Shown here in pieces: positions 11,968-25,700 of a stretch of DNA of 64,000 bases. Below the pieces are notes generated by a model. That model saw only the letters and a list, made by a program, of their open reading frames with translations. It searched no databases and was not told the origin of the DNA. The first letter of the stretch is position 1, and each line of letters starts with the position of its first letter. The DNA comes from Yuukianura sp. NJ FZ-2021 (taxonomy: Eukaryota), in assembly GCA_046563655.1 (NCBI GenBank), contig CM102283.1, forward strand, positions 3,658,001-3,722,000, read 5' to 3'. A program made the position numbers and the translations under genes.

Positions 11968-14900
11968 ATGCTGGAATACGAGAATGAGATTCTGCTGGAC
12001 AGCATGGAGGACAGTGGACTTTTCATTATGGCAAAGGGCATAACCATTCACAAAGTAAGCAAATTCATAATTTATGAAAAATTGAATTTCTGAGTAACGG
12101 TTTTTCATGATTTTAGGTACTTCAGAAGATATTCCAGATTTACGGAACGGATTACAACCTGGTGTTTGTCTTATCGGCAAATCCAGCGGAAGAATCCTTC
12201 TTCCTGAACACCAGTGAACACAAAGCACGCATTTTTAGAATCACTACTGAATTTACATCCAGTGAACGAAAGTCAATGTACACTAGTGGAGGGATCTTCT
12301 TTGTTACACCTCGAATCATGGTCGTAGATTTCCTAAAAGATGTCGTTCCAGCAGAAAAAATCACAGGAATCATCGTCTTCCGAGCTCACAACGTTCTAGA
12401 ATCGTCACAGGTTCATATACAATATCACATTGTTCGCAGTATATTAAATACTAATTAATTTATGTTTCTTTGATGATAGGAAGCTTTCATCCTTCGTCTC
12501 TACCGAATCAAGAACAAAACTGGATTTGTCAAGTGCTTTTCCCACTCTCCGACTTCTTTTCTTCTTGGATTCTCTCGAGTAACTGCTGTAATGCGATCAT
12601 GTTTCCTTCCTAAACTTTCACTCTGGCCCCGATTCCATGCGACCATTAAAGAATCACTCAAGATTCCTGAGCAATCGACTTCCGAAGATGCAGTAATCGA
12701 AATCCAGTTGAAACTTACTGATGAAATGCGTGAAATCCAGTCTAATCTGATGGATTTAGTGTCTTCTACCGTATCAGAACTGAAACGAATCGTTCCAGCT
12801 CTAAATGACGAAGAAATTTCCGTAGAAACAGCGTTAACCAAAGGATTTGAGAAGATCATCAGAGCCCATGTAGATCCCGTTTGGAATACAATCGACCGCA
12901 AGTCAAAAGAAATCCTAAGTGACCTCAAGCTCTTCCGTCTTTTGCTAGCACAACTAACTAAATCCGATTGTGTCACTTTTTACTCCATCCTGTTCAAGTA
13001 CATGTCCATGTCACCCGAGACGGCTCTCAAATCTGATTGGGTCATGTCAAAATCAGCTGAGAAGATTCTGTCAGCAGCCAAACGACGTCTGAAACCAGTC
13101 AAGAAAGCTGAAAATGGAAGTTCCAAGGGTGATTCCACTTGTGTGACCTTTGACCCCGAAGTGCATCCGAAATGGCAAGCAGTTGGAGACATTCTGGACG
13201 AGACCAAAAGTAAATTTGAACAAGAGAGGGCGGAGGAAGAAGAACAGTTTGACCCTGGCTGTAAATCAAAGACGGTGATTTTTGCTCAAGATGGCAAGAC
13301 ATGCAGAACGATAAAAAGTTATCTAGCGAATGGTGGAATTTTAACATTGGCCAAGATTGCGATCAAGTGTGACAATGTAAAACTGGACATTCCTCCAGAA
13401 ATTTTAGAAGAACTGGAAAACAGTTCTTCCAGAAATGACCTTGACGAGACCGGTGATAAACAGTCTAAAAGTGACAGTAACAAGAGCGACGATTTCATTC
13501 AACTGGACGACTATATAGACGACTATAGTCGTCCCGAAGAGGTGCAAACAACTACATTTAACTTTTATAGACTTATTTTATAGACTATTTTTATAGATTT
13601 ATTTTATACAATTTATAGTCTTTTACTGTAATTTATAATCTAGTGTGATTGAATTTATAGTCGCAAGTGCTGGTGCTTCCACTGAAAAATTTCGGAGAAG
13701 AAGAAGCCTATCGAATACCAAATCTCTTGGAAAAGATAATGCCAAACAACATCATCATCTTTGATCCAGGTACTTATAAATTACTAAAGTACTGGCAGTA
13801 CTATTGGCAGTACTACTGGCAATACTGTCCTGTACTGCTAATACTGCATTGCTGTTGTTTTTAGATTTGGAGCTGATTCGGAACATTGAGATTCACCGTG
13901 CAAGAGTAGCTGGAAATCAGTCGATTAGGATTTATTTTCTGGTGTTTCGGAATTCCGTTGAAGAGCAAATCTACCTAACAGCGATTTCCAGAGAAAAAAT
14001 GGCATTTGAAAAACTTATTGAAGAGAAGACCACGATGGTACTTTTCAAAAAACTGAAAATTTTGTAATAAACTAGACTTCTTTTAATCACTTTGTTTACA
14101 ATTTGTTGTTGTTCAGGTCATACCGAAAGAGAGAGAAGGAAAAGACGAGCTGAATCAGGATTTATGGAGAGATCCAACCAAAGCAAGTCAGTCTTCGTTA
14201 ACTTCTGGCCTATCCAGGAGGAACATGGAGAACGTTGAGCAAGGTTAAGGTTGATACACACGTGATTAATTAGATTAACTTTTGATTAATTAGTTGAGGT
14301 ATAACTGATTCCTTTGTGTTTTGTACTTAGTAGGTCAAGAGGTTGTGTTGGTTGACATGAGGGAATTTCGAAGTGACCTGCCATCCCTTATTCACAAAAG
14401 GGGGATTGACCTTGAGCCTTTGACTCTTGACGTGGGTGACTACATTTTGACACCGGACATTTGTGTGGAGAGGAAATCTATCTCCGATTTGATTGGAAGT
14501 TTAAACTCTGGTCGACTTTATAAACAAGCAGAAGCAATGGGCAGACATTACAAGAAACCTGTGCTGCTGATTGAACAAGAACAGAAGTTCGGAACTGGAA
14601 GATACAAGAACGGTAATTAACAATTAATCGATTAATTAATAACCATAGATTGACACTTTTGACCTTTGACCTTTGCACTCCTTACATTGTTTAATTTGTT
14701 CCAGATTTGGCCCAAGTCATGTCCAAACTCCAACTGCTGACGATTAACTTTCCGAAGCTTAGGCTCATTTGGTCCCCTGGAGCGCACTACACTTCAGAAA
14801 TTTTTCATGTATGAATACCTGAATTTTGAAAAAAACTTTGCTTTTGAATTAGTTTTTGAATTTTAGGAACTGAAGCGAGGGAAGGCTCAACCGGAAGCGG

Positions 14901-15214
14901 CAGAAGCACTGGCTATCATGAAAGATGAAGCTGGATCTCACAGTACTTCCAAGTTCAATCCCATTTCTCATGCTCTAATTTCTAAACTGCCTGGAGTAGA
15001 CTCCAGAAACATTTATACAATACTGAACCGAGTGAATACTGTGGATGAATTGTGTGCCCTTAGCTTAGAAGAGCTGACTTCCATTCTAGAAAACAGTACT
15101 ACTGCCAGTATCCTCCACTCTGGAATTCACAACAAACTGGTTGAAACGTCCAGGAAATCTGTAGAAGCAAAGTCAGACATTCGAAAGTACTTGAATAAAC
15201 GCAGTACCAAGTAA
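11968..15214 (+). CDS. ERCC4: DNA repair endonuclease XPF (mei-9/Rad1)
   Basis: MLEYENE start; [23 protein letters not shown]; nuclease motif [13 protein letters not shown]...[16 protein letters not shown]-terminal HhH KLPGV. Confidence 0.95.
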
Positions 15215-15336
15215 GTTCTCTTCCAGAATGCATGCAATGTCATCTTTGTCTATACAAATCATTGTTCGGCACTTTCGCGATCCCAAGTTGGGATTCCCAA
15301 CCGAGCGATCCTGTGCTTTCCGATCTCCGATCCCTG

Positions 15337-15840
15337 AAAATCACTCTTTTTAAATAACGTAATTCCAAATTTTAAAACGTTAAAAATTTAGTAGGAAAAC
15401 CACTCTTTTTCAATAACATAATTCCAAATTTTAAAACGTTAAAAATTTAGTAGGAAAATCACTCTTTCTAAATAACATAATTCCAAATTCCAAAAAGTTA
15501 AAAGCTTAGTAGGAAAATCACTCTTTCTAAATAGCATAATTCCAAATTCCAAAAAGTTAAAAGTTTAGTAGGAAAATCACTCTTTCTAAATAGCATAATT
15601 CCAAATTCCAAAAAGTTAAAAGTTTAGTAGGAAAATCACTCTTTCTAAATAGCATAATTCCAAATTCCAAAAAGTTAAAAGTTTAGTAGGAAAATCACTC
15701 TTTCTAAATAGCATAATTCCAAATTCCAAAAAGTTAAAAGTTTAGTAGGAAAATCACTCTTTCTAAATAGCATAATTTCAAATTTTAAAACGTTAAAAAT
15801 TTAGTAGGAAAATCACTCTTTTTAAATAACAATTCCAAAT
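15337..15840. repeat. 59-bp AT-rich minisatellite, about 8.5 copies
   Basis: Unit AAAATCACTCTTTCTAAATAGCATAATTCCAAATTCCAAAAAGTTAAAAGTTTAGTAGG. Confidence 0.95.
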
Positions 15841-15892
15841 AGGCGATCGCCTCCAGTAAGATCGCAAGGTGGTCCCAGAGATCGGAGACAGA

Positions 15893-16158
15893 GTTCGGCA
15901 CTTTTGCTCCGCTCCCATGCACCCGCTCCCCGATCTTTTCTCTCTACCCTCCGCTCCCATGCATCCGCTCCCCGCTCTTTTGCGTCTACCGTCCGCTCCC
16001 ATGCACCCGCTCCCTGCTCCTTTGCCTCTACCCTCCGCTCCCATGCACCCGCTCCCCGCTCTTTTGCCCATACTCTCCGCTCCCATGCACCCGCTCCCCG
16101 CTCTTTTGCCCCTACTCCCCGCTCTCAAGCGATCTTTTTCCGCTCCCCGATCCCAACC
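15893..16158. repeat. GC-rich 42-bp tandem repeat element (about 5-6 units), same family as 27748-28030
   Basis: Unit CCCTCCGCTCCCATGCACCCGCTCCCCGCTCTTTTGCCTCTA, preceded by TCGGCACTTTTG. Confidence 0.85.
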
Positions 16159-16198
16159 ATGTAATTATAGCTGAATACTCCGCTGTTACAGCTATAAT

Positions 16199-16591
16199 CA
16201 GTGTTGGTGGATGCTTAAACGTCCAGTGGCTTAATTGCCACTGGATATCTACTGGAAGAAATGCACCCAAAATGGATGAAACTTTTAGTGGATGGAAGAA
16301 ATTAAGAATTTAACGCCGAATTAAAACAAAATCAAATTTAAAAGCTCAAAATAATAGCAAAAGTAGTTTCTTTCATCGTTAAAATTAATTATTTATTTAA
16401 AACATACGAAAACGATTTTTCCTGCGTTCTTCTTGTACAGTATTTTGAATTGTTTACGCTTTTTGCATTTAATCAATTCAAACCCCGCGGGCAAAGCTCC
16501 GCCCATTTGGATTCATCCATTTCGTCCATTTCTTCCACTGGATATCCAGCCGTGGATGAAATGTCGAAAAAGTGGATATCCACCAACACTG
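16199..16591. mobile_element. Non-autonomous hAT-type MITE (393 bp)
   Basis: TIR CAGTGTTGGTGGAT/ATCCACCAACACTG; exact 8-bp TSD GCTATAAT (16191-16198 and 16592-16599); subterminal CTGGATATCCAG/TGGATGAA motifs. Confidence 0.9.
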
Positions 16592-16730
16592 GCTATAATA
16601 TATTAAAATGTAAGCAATCAAAAACCATTAACAACATTCGGTGATGCTTGCTTGGGCTACATTTATTTCTCTACAGCATTTACTTTGGTTTGACGACAGT
16701 CGCGTAACCGGCAGTTGATTATGTTGTATG

Positions 16731-19700
16731 CAGCGTTGCTGGATATCAACTTTTCCGACATTTCATCCACGACTGGATATCCAGTGGAAGATATGGGCGA
16801 AATGGATGAATACCAGAGCCATCAGCTAAAATTTTAGAGTTCAAAGTGATTTAATACCAGAGCCATCAGCTAAAATTTTAGAGTTCAAAATGATTTAATA
16901 CCAGAGCCATCAGCTAAAATTTTAGAGTTCGATGTGATTTAATACCAGAGCCATCAGCTAAAATTTTAGAGTTCGATGTGATTTAATACCAGAGCCATCA
17001 GCTAAAATTTTAGAGTTCGATGTGATTTAATACCAGAGCCATCAGCTAAAATTTTAGAGTTCAAAGTGATTTAATACCAGAGCCATCAGCTAAAATTTTA
17101 GAGTTCAAAGTGATTTAATACCAGAGCCATCAGCTAAAATTTTAGAGTTCGATGTGATTTAATACCAGAGCCATCAGCTAAAATTTTAGAGTTCAAAGTG
17201 ATTTAATACCAGAGCCATCAGCTAAAATTTTAGAGTTCGATGTGATTTAATACCAGAGCCATCAGCTAAAATTTTAGAGTTCGATGTGATTTAATACCAG
17301 AGCCATCAGCTAAAATTTTAGAGTTCGATGTGATTTAATACCAGAGCCATCAGCTAAAATTTTAGAGTTCAAAGTGATTTAATACCAGAGCCATCAGCTA
17401 AAATTTTAGAGTTCAAAGTGATTTAATACCAGAGCCATCAGCTAAAATTTTAGAGTTCGATGTGATTTAATACCAGAGCCATCAGCTAAAATTTTAGAGT
17501 TCAAAGTGATTTAATACCAGAGCCATCAGCTAAAATTTTAGAGTTCAATGTGATTTAATACCAGAGCCATCAGCTAAAATTTTGGAGTTCAATGTGATTT
17601 AATACCAGAGCCATCAGCTAAAATTTTAGAGTTCAATGTGATTTAATACCAGAGCCATCAGCTAAAATTTTAGAGTTCAATGTGATTTAATACCAGAGCC
17701 ATCAGCTAAAATTTTAGAGTTCAATGTGATTTAATACCAGAGCCATCAGCTAAAATTTTAGAGTTCAATGTGATTTAATACCAGAGCCATCAGCTAAAAT
17801 TTTAGAGTTCAATGTGATTTAATACCAGAGCCATCAGCTAAAATTTTAGAGTTCAATGTGATTTAATACCAGAGCCATCAGCTAAAATTTTAGAGTTCAA
17901 TGTGATTTAATACCAGAGCCATCAGCTAAAATTTTAGAGTTCAATGTGATTTAATACCAGAGCCATCAGCTAAAATTTTAGAGTTCAAAGTGATTTAATA
18001 CCAGAGCCATCAGCTAAAATTTTAGAGTTCGATGTGATTTAATACCAGAGCCATCAGCTAAAATTTTAGAGTTCAAAGTGATTTAATACCAGAGCCATCA
18101 GCTAAAATTTTAGAGTTCAAAGTGATTTAATACCAGAGCCATCAGCTAAAATTTTAGAGTTCAAAATGATTTAATACCAGAGCCATCAGCTAAAATTTTA
18201 GAGTTCAATGTGATTTAATACCAGAGCCATCAGCTAAAATTTTAGAGTTCGATGTGATTTAATACCAGAGCCATCAGCTAAAATTTTAGAGTTCAAAGTG
18301 ATTTAATACCAGAGCCATCAGCTAAAATTTTAGAGTTCGATGTGATTTAATACCAGAGCCATCAGCTAAAATTTTAGAGTTCAAAGTGATTTAATACCAG
18401 AGCCATCAGCTAAAATTTTAGAGTTCGATGTGATTTAATACCAGAGACATCATTTAAAATTTTAGAGTTCAAAGTGATTTAATACCAGAGCCATCAGCTA
18501 AAATTTTAGAGTTCAAAGTGATTTAATACCAGAGCCATCAGCTAAAATTTTAGAGTTCGATGTGATTTAATACCAGAGCCATCAGCTAAAATTTTAGAGT
18601 TCAATGTGATTTAATACCAGAGCCGTCAGCTAAAATTTTAGAGTTCAAAGTGATTTAATACCAGAGCCATCAGCTAAAATTTTAGAGTTCGATGTGATTT
18701 AATACCAGAGCCATCAGCTAAAATTTTAGAGTTCGATGTGATTTAATACAAGAGCCATCAGCTAAAATTTTAGAGTTCGATGTGATTTAATACCAGAGCC
18801 ATCAGCTAAAATTTTAGAGTTCAAAGTGATTTAATACCAGAGCCATCAGCTAAAATTTTAGAGTTCAAAGTGATTTAATACCAGAGCCATCAGCTAAAAT
18901 TTTAGAGTTCGATGTGATTTAATACCAGAGCCATCAGCTAAAATTTTAGAGTTCAAAGTGATTTAATACCAGAGCCATCAGCTAAAATTTTAGAGTTCGA
19001 TGTGATTTAATACCAGAGCCATCAGCTAAAATTTTAGAGTTCGATGTGATTTAATACCAGAGCCATCAGCTAAAATTTTAGAGTTCAAAGTGATTTAATA
19101 CCAGAGCCATCAGCTAAAATTTTAGAGTTCAATGTGATTTAATACCAGAGCCATCAGCTAAAATTTTAGAGTTCAATGTGATTTAATACCAGAGCCATCA
19201 GCTAAAATTTTAGAGTTCAATGTGATTTAATACCAGAGCCATCAGCTAAAATTTTAGAGTTCAATGTGATTTAATACCAGAGCCATCAGCTAAAATTTTA
19301 GAGTTCAATGTGATTTAATACCAGAGCCATCAGCTAAAATTTTAGAGTTCAATGTGATTTAATACCAGAGCCATCAGCTAAAATTTTAGAGTTCAATGTG
19401 ATTTAATACCAGAGCCATCAGCTAAAATTTTAGAGTTCAATGTGATTTAATACCAGAGCCATCAGCTAAAATTTTAGAGTTCAAAGTGATTTAATACCAG
19501 AGCCATCAGCTAAAATTTTAGAGTTCGATGTGATTTAATACCAGAGCCATCAGCTAAAATTTTAGAGTTCAAAGTGATTTAATACCAGAGCCATCAGCTA
19601 AAATTTTAGAGTTCAAAGTGATTTAATACCAGAGCCATCAGCTAAAATTTTAGAGTTCAAAATGATTTAATACCAGAGCCATCAGCTAAAATTTTAGAGT

Positions 19701-22700
19701 TCGATGTGATTTAATACCAGAGCCATCAGCTAAAATTTTAGAGTTCAAAGTGATTTAATACCAGAGCCATCAGCTAAAATTTTAGAGTTCGATGTGATTT
19801 AATACCAGAGACATCATTTAAAATTTTAGAGTTCAAAGTGATTTAATACCAGAGCCATCAGCTAAAATTTTAGAGTTCAAAGTGATTTAATACCAGAGCC
19901 ATCAGCTAAAATTTTAGAGTTCGATGTGATTTAATACCAGAGCCATCAGCTAAAATTTTAGAGTTCAATGTGATTTAATACCAGAGCCATCAGCTAAAAT
20001 TTTAGAGTTCAAAGTGATTTAATACCAGAGCCATCAGCTAAAATTTTAGAGTTCGATGTGATTTAATACCAGAGCCATCAGCTAAAATTTTAGAGTTCGA
20101 TGTGATTTAATACAAGAGCCATCAGCTAAAATTTTAGAGTTCGATGTGATTTAATACCAGAGCCATCAGCTAAAATTTTAGAGTTCAAAGTGATTTAATA
20201 CCAGAGCCATCAGCTAAAATTTTAGAGTTCAAAGTGATTTAATACCAGAGCCATCAGCTAAAATTTTAGAGTTCGATGTGATTTAATACCAGAGCCATCA
20301 GCTAAAATTTTAGAGTTCAAAGTGATTTAATACCAGAGCCATCAGCTAAAATTTTAGAGTTCGATGTGATTTAATACCAGAGCCATCAGCTAAAATTTTA
20401 GAGTTCGATGTGATTTAATACCAGAGCCATCAGCTAAAATTTTGGAGTTCAAAGTGATTTAATACCAGAGCCATCAGCTAAAATTTTAGAGTTCAAAATG
20501 ATTTAATACCAGAGCCATCAGCTAAAATTTTAGAGTTCAAAGTGATTTAATACCAGAGCCATCAGCTAAAATTTTAGAGTTCAAAGTGATTTAATACCAG
20601 AGCCATCAGCTAAAATTTTAGAGTTCAATGTGATTTAATACCAGAGCCATCAGCTAAAATTTTAGAGTTCAATGTGATTTAATACCAGAGCCATCAGCTA
20701 AAATTTTAGAGTTCAATGTGATTTAATACCAGAGCCATCAGCTAAAATTTTAGAGTTCAATGTGATTTAATACCAGAGCCATCAGCTAAAATTTTAGAGT
20801 TCAAAGTGATTTAATACCAGAGCCATCAGCTAAAATTTTAGAGTTCAAAGTGATTTAATACCAGAGCCATCAGCTAAAATTTTAGAGTTCAATGTGATTT
20901 AATACCAGAGCCATCAGCTAAAATTTTAGAGTTCAATGTGATTTAATACCAGAGCCATCAGCTAAAATTTTAGAGTTCAATGTGATTTAATACCAGAGCC
21001 ATCAGCTAAAATTTTAGAGTTCGATGTGATTTAATACCAGAGCCATCAGCTAAAATTTTAGAGTTCAAAGTGATTTAATACCAGAGCCATCAGCTAAAAT
21101 TTTAGAGTTCGATGTGATTTAATACCAGAGACATCATTTAAAATTTTAGAGTTCAAAGTGATTTAATACCAGAGCCATCAGCTAAAATTTTAGAGTTCAA
21201 AGTGATTTAATACCAGAGCCATCAGCTAAAATTTTAGAGTTCAAAGTGATTTAATACCAGAGCCATCAGCTAAAATTTTAGAGTTCAAAATGATTTAATA
21301 CCAGAGCCATCAGCTAAAATTTTAGAGTTCAATGTGATTTAATACCAGAGCCATCAGCTAAAATTTTAGAGTTCAAAGTGATTTAATACCAGAGCCATCA
21401 GCTAAAATTTTAGAGTTCGATGTGATTTAATACCAGAGCCATCAGCTAAAATTTTAGAGTTCAAAGTGATTTAATACCAGAGCCATCAGCTAAAATTTTA
21501 GAGTTCAAAATGATTTAATACCAGAGCCATCAGCTAAAATTTTAGAGTTCAAAGTGATTTAATACCAGAGCCATCAGCTAAAATTTTAGAGTTCAAAGTG
21601 ATTTAATACCAGAGCCATCAGCTAAAATTTTAGAGTTCAATGTGATTTAATACCAGAGCCATCAGCTAAAATTTTAGAGTTCGATGTGATTTAATACCAG
21701 AGCCATCAGCTAAAATTTTAGAGTTCAAAGTGATTTAATACCAGAGCCATCAGCTAAAATTTTAGAGTTCGATGTGATTTAATACCAGAGACATCATTTA
21801 AAATTTTAGAGTTCAAAGTGATTTAATACCAGAGCCATCAGCTAAAATTTTAGAGTTCAAAGTGATTTAATACCAGAGCCATCAGCTAAAATTTTAGAGT
21901 TCAAAGTGATTTAATACCAGAGCCATCAGCTAAAATTTTAGAGTTCGATGTGATTTAATACCAGAGCCATCAGCTAAAATTTTAGAGTTCAAAGTGATTT
22001 AATACCAGAGCCATCAGCTAAAATTTTAGAGTTCGATGTGATTTAATACCAGAGCCATCAGCTAAAATTTTAGAGTTCAAAGTGATTTAATACCAGAGCC
22101 ATCAGCTAAAATTTTAGAGTTCGATGTGATTTAATACCAGAGACATCATTTAAAATTTTAGAGTTCAAAGTGATTTAATACCAGAGCCATCAGCTAAAAT
22201 TTTAGAGTTCAAAGTGATTTAATACCAGAGCCATCAGCTAAAATTTTAGAGTTCGATGTGATTTAATACCAGAGCCATCAGCTAAAATTTTAGAGTTCAA
22301 TGTGATTTAATACCAGAGCCATCAGCTAAAATTTTAGAGTTCAAAGTGATTTAATACCAGAGCCATCAGCTAAAATTTTAGAGTTCGATGTGATTTAATA
22401 CCAGAGCCATCAGCTAAAATTTTAGAGTTCAAAGTGATTTAATACCAGAGCCATCAGCTAAAATTTTAGAGTTCAAAGTGATTTAATACCAGAGCCATCA
22501 GCTAAAATTTTAGAGTTCGATGTGATTTAATACCAGAGCCATCAGCTAAAATTTTAGAGTTCGATGTGATTTAATACCAGAGCCATCAGCTAAAATTTTA
22601 GAGTTCGATGTGATTTAATACCAGAGCCATCAGCTAAAATTTTAGAGTTCAAAGTGATTTAATACCAGAGCCATCAGCTAAAATTTTAGAGTTCGATGTG

Positions 22701-25700
22701 ATTTAATACCAGAGCCATCAGCTAAAATTTTAGAGTTCAAAGTGATTTAATACCAGAGCCATCAGCTAAAATTTTAGAGTTCAAAGTGATTTAATACCAG
22801 AGCCATCAGCTAAAATTTTAGAGTTCAAAGTGATTTAATACCAGAGCCATCAGCTAAAATTTTAGAGTTCGATGTGATTTAATACCAGAGCCATCAGCTA
22901 AAATTTTAGAGTTCAAAGTGATTTAATACCAGAGCCATCAGCTAAAATTTTAGAGTTCGATGTGATTTAATACCAGAGACATCATTTAAAATTTTAGAGT
23001 TCGATGTGATTTAATACCAGAGACATCATTTAAAATTTTAGAGTTCAAAGTGATTTAATACCAGAGCCATCAGCTAAAATTTTAGAGTTCAAAGTGATTT
23101 AATACCAGAGCCATCAGCTAAAATTTTAGAGTTCAAAGTGATTTAATACCAGAGCCATCAGCTAAAATTTTAGAGTTCGATGTGATTTAATACCAGAGCC
23201 ATCAGCTAAAATTTTAGAGTTCAAAGTGATTTAATACCAGAGCCATCAGCTAAAATTTTAGAGTTCGATGTGATTTAATACCAGAGCCATCAGCTAAAAT
23301 TTTAGAGTTCAAAGTGATTTAATACCAGAGCCATCAGCTAAAATTTTAGAGTTCGATGTGATTTAATACCAGAGCCATCAGCTAAAATTTTAGAGTTCAA
23401 AGTGATTTAATACCAGAGCCATCAGCTAAAATTTTAGAGTTCAAAGTGATTTAATACCAGAGCCATCAGCTAAAATTTTAGAGTTCGATGTGATTTAATA
23501 CCAGAGCCATCAGCTAAAATTTTAGAGTTCAAAGTGATTTAATACCAGAGCCATCAGCTAAAATTTTAGAGTTCGATGTGATTTAATACCAGAGCCATCA
23601 GCTAAAATTTTAGAGTTCGATGTGATTTAATACAAGAGCCATCAGCTAAAATTTTAGAGTTCGATGTGATTTAATACCAGAGCCATCAGCTAAAATTTTA
23701 GAGTTCAAAGTGATTTAATACCAGAGCCATCAGCTAAAATTTTAGAGTTCAATGTGATATAATACCAGAGCCATCAGCTAAAATTTTAGAGTTCAATGTG
23801 ATTTAATACCAGAGCCATCAGCTAAAATTTTAGAGTTCAAAGTGATTTAATACCAGAGCCATCAGCTAAAATTTTAGAGTTCAATGTGATTTAATACCAG
23901 AGACATCATTTAAAATTTTAGAGTTCAAAGTGATTTAATACCAGAGCCATCAGCTAAAATTTTAGAGTTCGATGTGATTTAATACCAGAGCCATCAGCTA
24001 AAATTTTAGAGTTCAATGTGATTTAATACCAGAGCCATCAGCTAAAATTTTAGAGTTCAAAGTGATTTAATACCAGAGCCATCAGCTAAAATTTTAGAGT
24101 TCGATGTGATTTAATACCAGAGCCATCAGCTAAAATTTTAGAGTTCGATGTGATTTAATACCAGAGCCATCAGCTAAAATTTTAGAGTTCGATGTGATTT
24201 AATACCAGAGCCATCAGCTAAAATTTTAGAGTTCAAAGTGATTTAATACCAGAGCCATCAGCTAAAATTTTAGAGTTCGATGTGATTTAATACCAGAGCC
24301 ATCAGCTAAAATTTTAGAGTTCGATGTGATTTAATACCAGAGCCATCAGCTAAAATTTTAGAGTTCGATGTGATTTAATACCAGAGCCATCAGCTAAAAT
24401 TTTAGAGTTCGATGTGATTTAATACCAGAGCCATCAGCTAAAATTTTAGAGTTCGATGTGATTTAATACCAGAGCCATCAGCTAAAATTTTAGAGTTCAA
24501 AGTGATTTAATACCAGAGCCATCAGCTAAAATTTTAGAGTTCGATGTGATTTAATACCAGAGCCATCAGCTAAAATTTTAGAGTTCAAAGTGATTTAATA
24601 CCAGAGCCATCAGCTAAAATTTTAGAGTTCGATGTGATTTAATACCAGAGCCATCAGCTAAAATTTTAGAGTTCGATGTGATTTAATACCAGAGCCATCA
24701 GCTAAAATTTTAGAGTTCGATGTGATTTAATACCAGAGCCATCAGCTAAAATTTTAGAGTTCGATGTGATTTAATACCAGAGCCATCAGCTAAAATTTTA
24801 GAGTTCGATGTGATTTAATACCAGAGCCATCAGCTAAAATTTTAGAGTTCAATGTGATTTAATACCAGAGCCATCAGCTAAAATTTTAGATTTCAAAGTG
24901 ATTTAATACCAGAGCCATCAGCTAAAATTTTAGAGTTCAAAGTGATTTAATACCAGAGCCATCAGCTAAAATTTTAGAGTTCAATGTGATTTAATACCAG
25001 AGCCATCAGCTAAAATTTTAGAGTTCAATGTGATTTAATACCAGAGCCATCAGCTAAAATTTTAGAGTTCAATGTGATTTAATACCAGAGCCATCAGCTA
25101 AAATTTTAGAGTTCAAAGTGATTTAATACCAGAGCCATCAGCTAAAATTTTAGAGTTCAAAGTGATTTAATACCAGAGCCATCAGCTAAAATTTTAGAGT
25201 TCAATGTGATTTAATACCAGAGCCATCAGCTAAAATTTTAGAGTTCAATGTGATTTAATACCAGAGCCATCAGCTAAAATTTTAGAGTTCAAAGTGATTT
25301 AATACCAGAGCCATCAGCTAAAATTTTAGAGTTCAATGTGATATAATACCAGAGCCATCAGCTAAAATTTTAGAGTTCAATGTGATTTAATACCAGAGCC
25401 ATCAGCTAAAATTTTAGAGTTCAAAGTGATTTAATACCAGAGCCATCAGCTAAAATTTTAGAGTTCAATGTGATTTAATACCAGAGCCATCAGCTAAAAT
25501 TTTAGAGTTCAAAGTGATTTAATACCAGAGCCATCAGCTAAAATTTTAGAGTTCAATGTGATTTAATACCAGAGCCATCAGCTAAAATTTTAGAGTTCAA
25601 TGTGATTTAATACCAGAGCCATCAGCTAAAATTTTAGAGTTCGATGTGATTTAATACCAGAGCCATCAGCTAAAATTTTAGAGTTCAATGTGATTTAATA

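Noticed and set aside
13790-13830. [12 protein letters not shown] peptide repeat in an XPF ORF
   Set aside because: A 12-bp DNA repeat inside the intron following the donor at about 13770; not coding
15793-16174. ORFs with SAPMHPLP / GSGCMGAE repeats (also 27758-28018)
   Set aside because: Translations of the 42-bp DNA repeat that are open on both strands; no splice context or protein family signal
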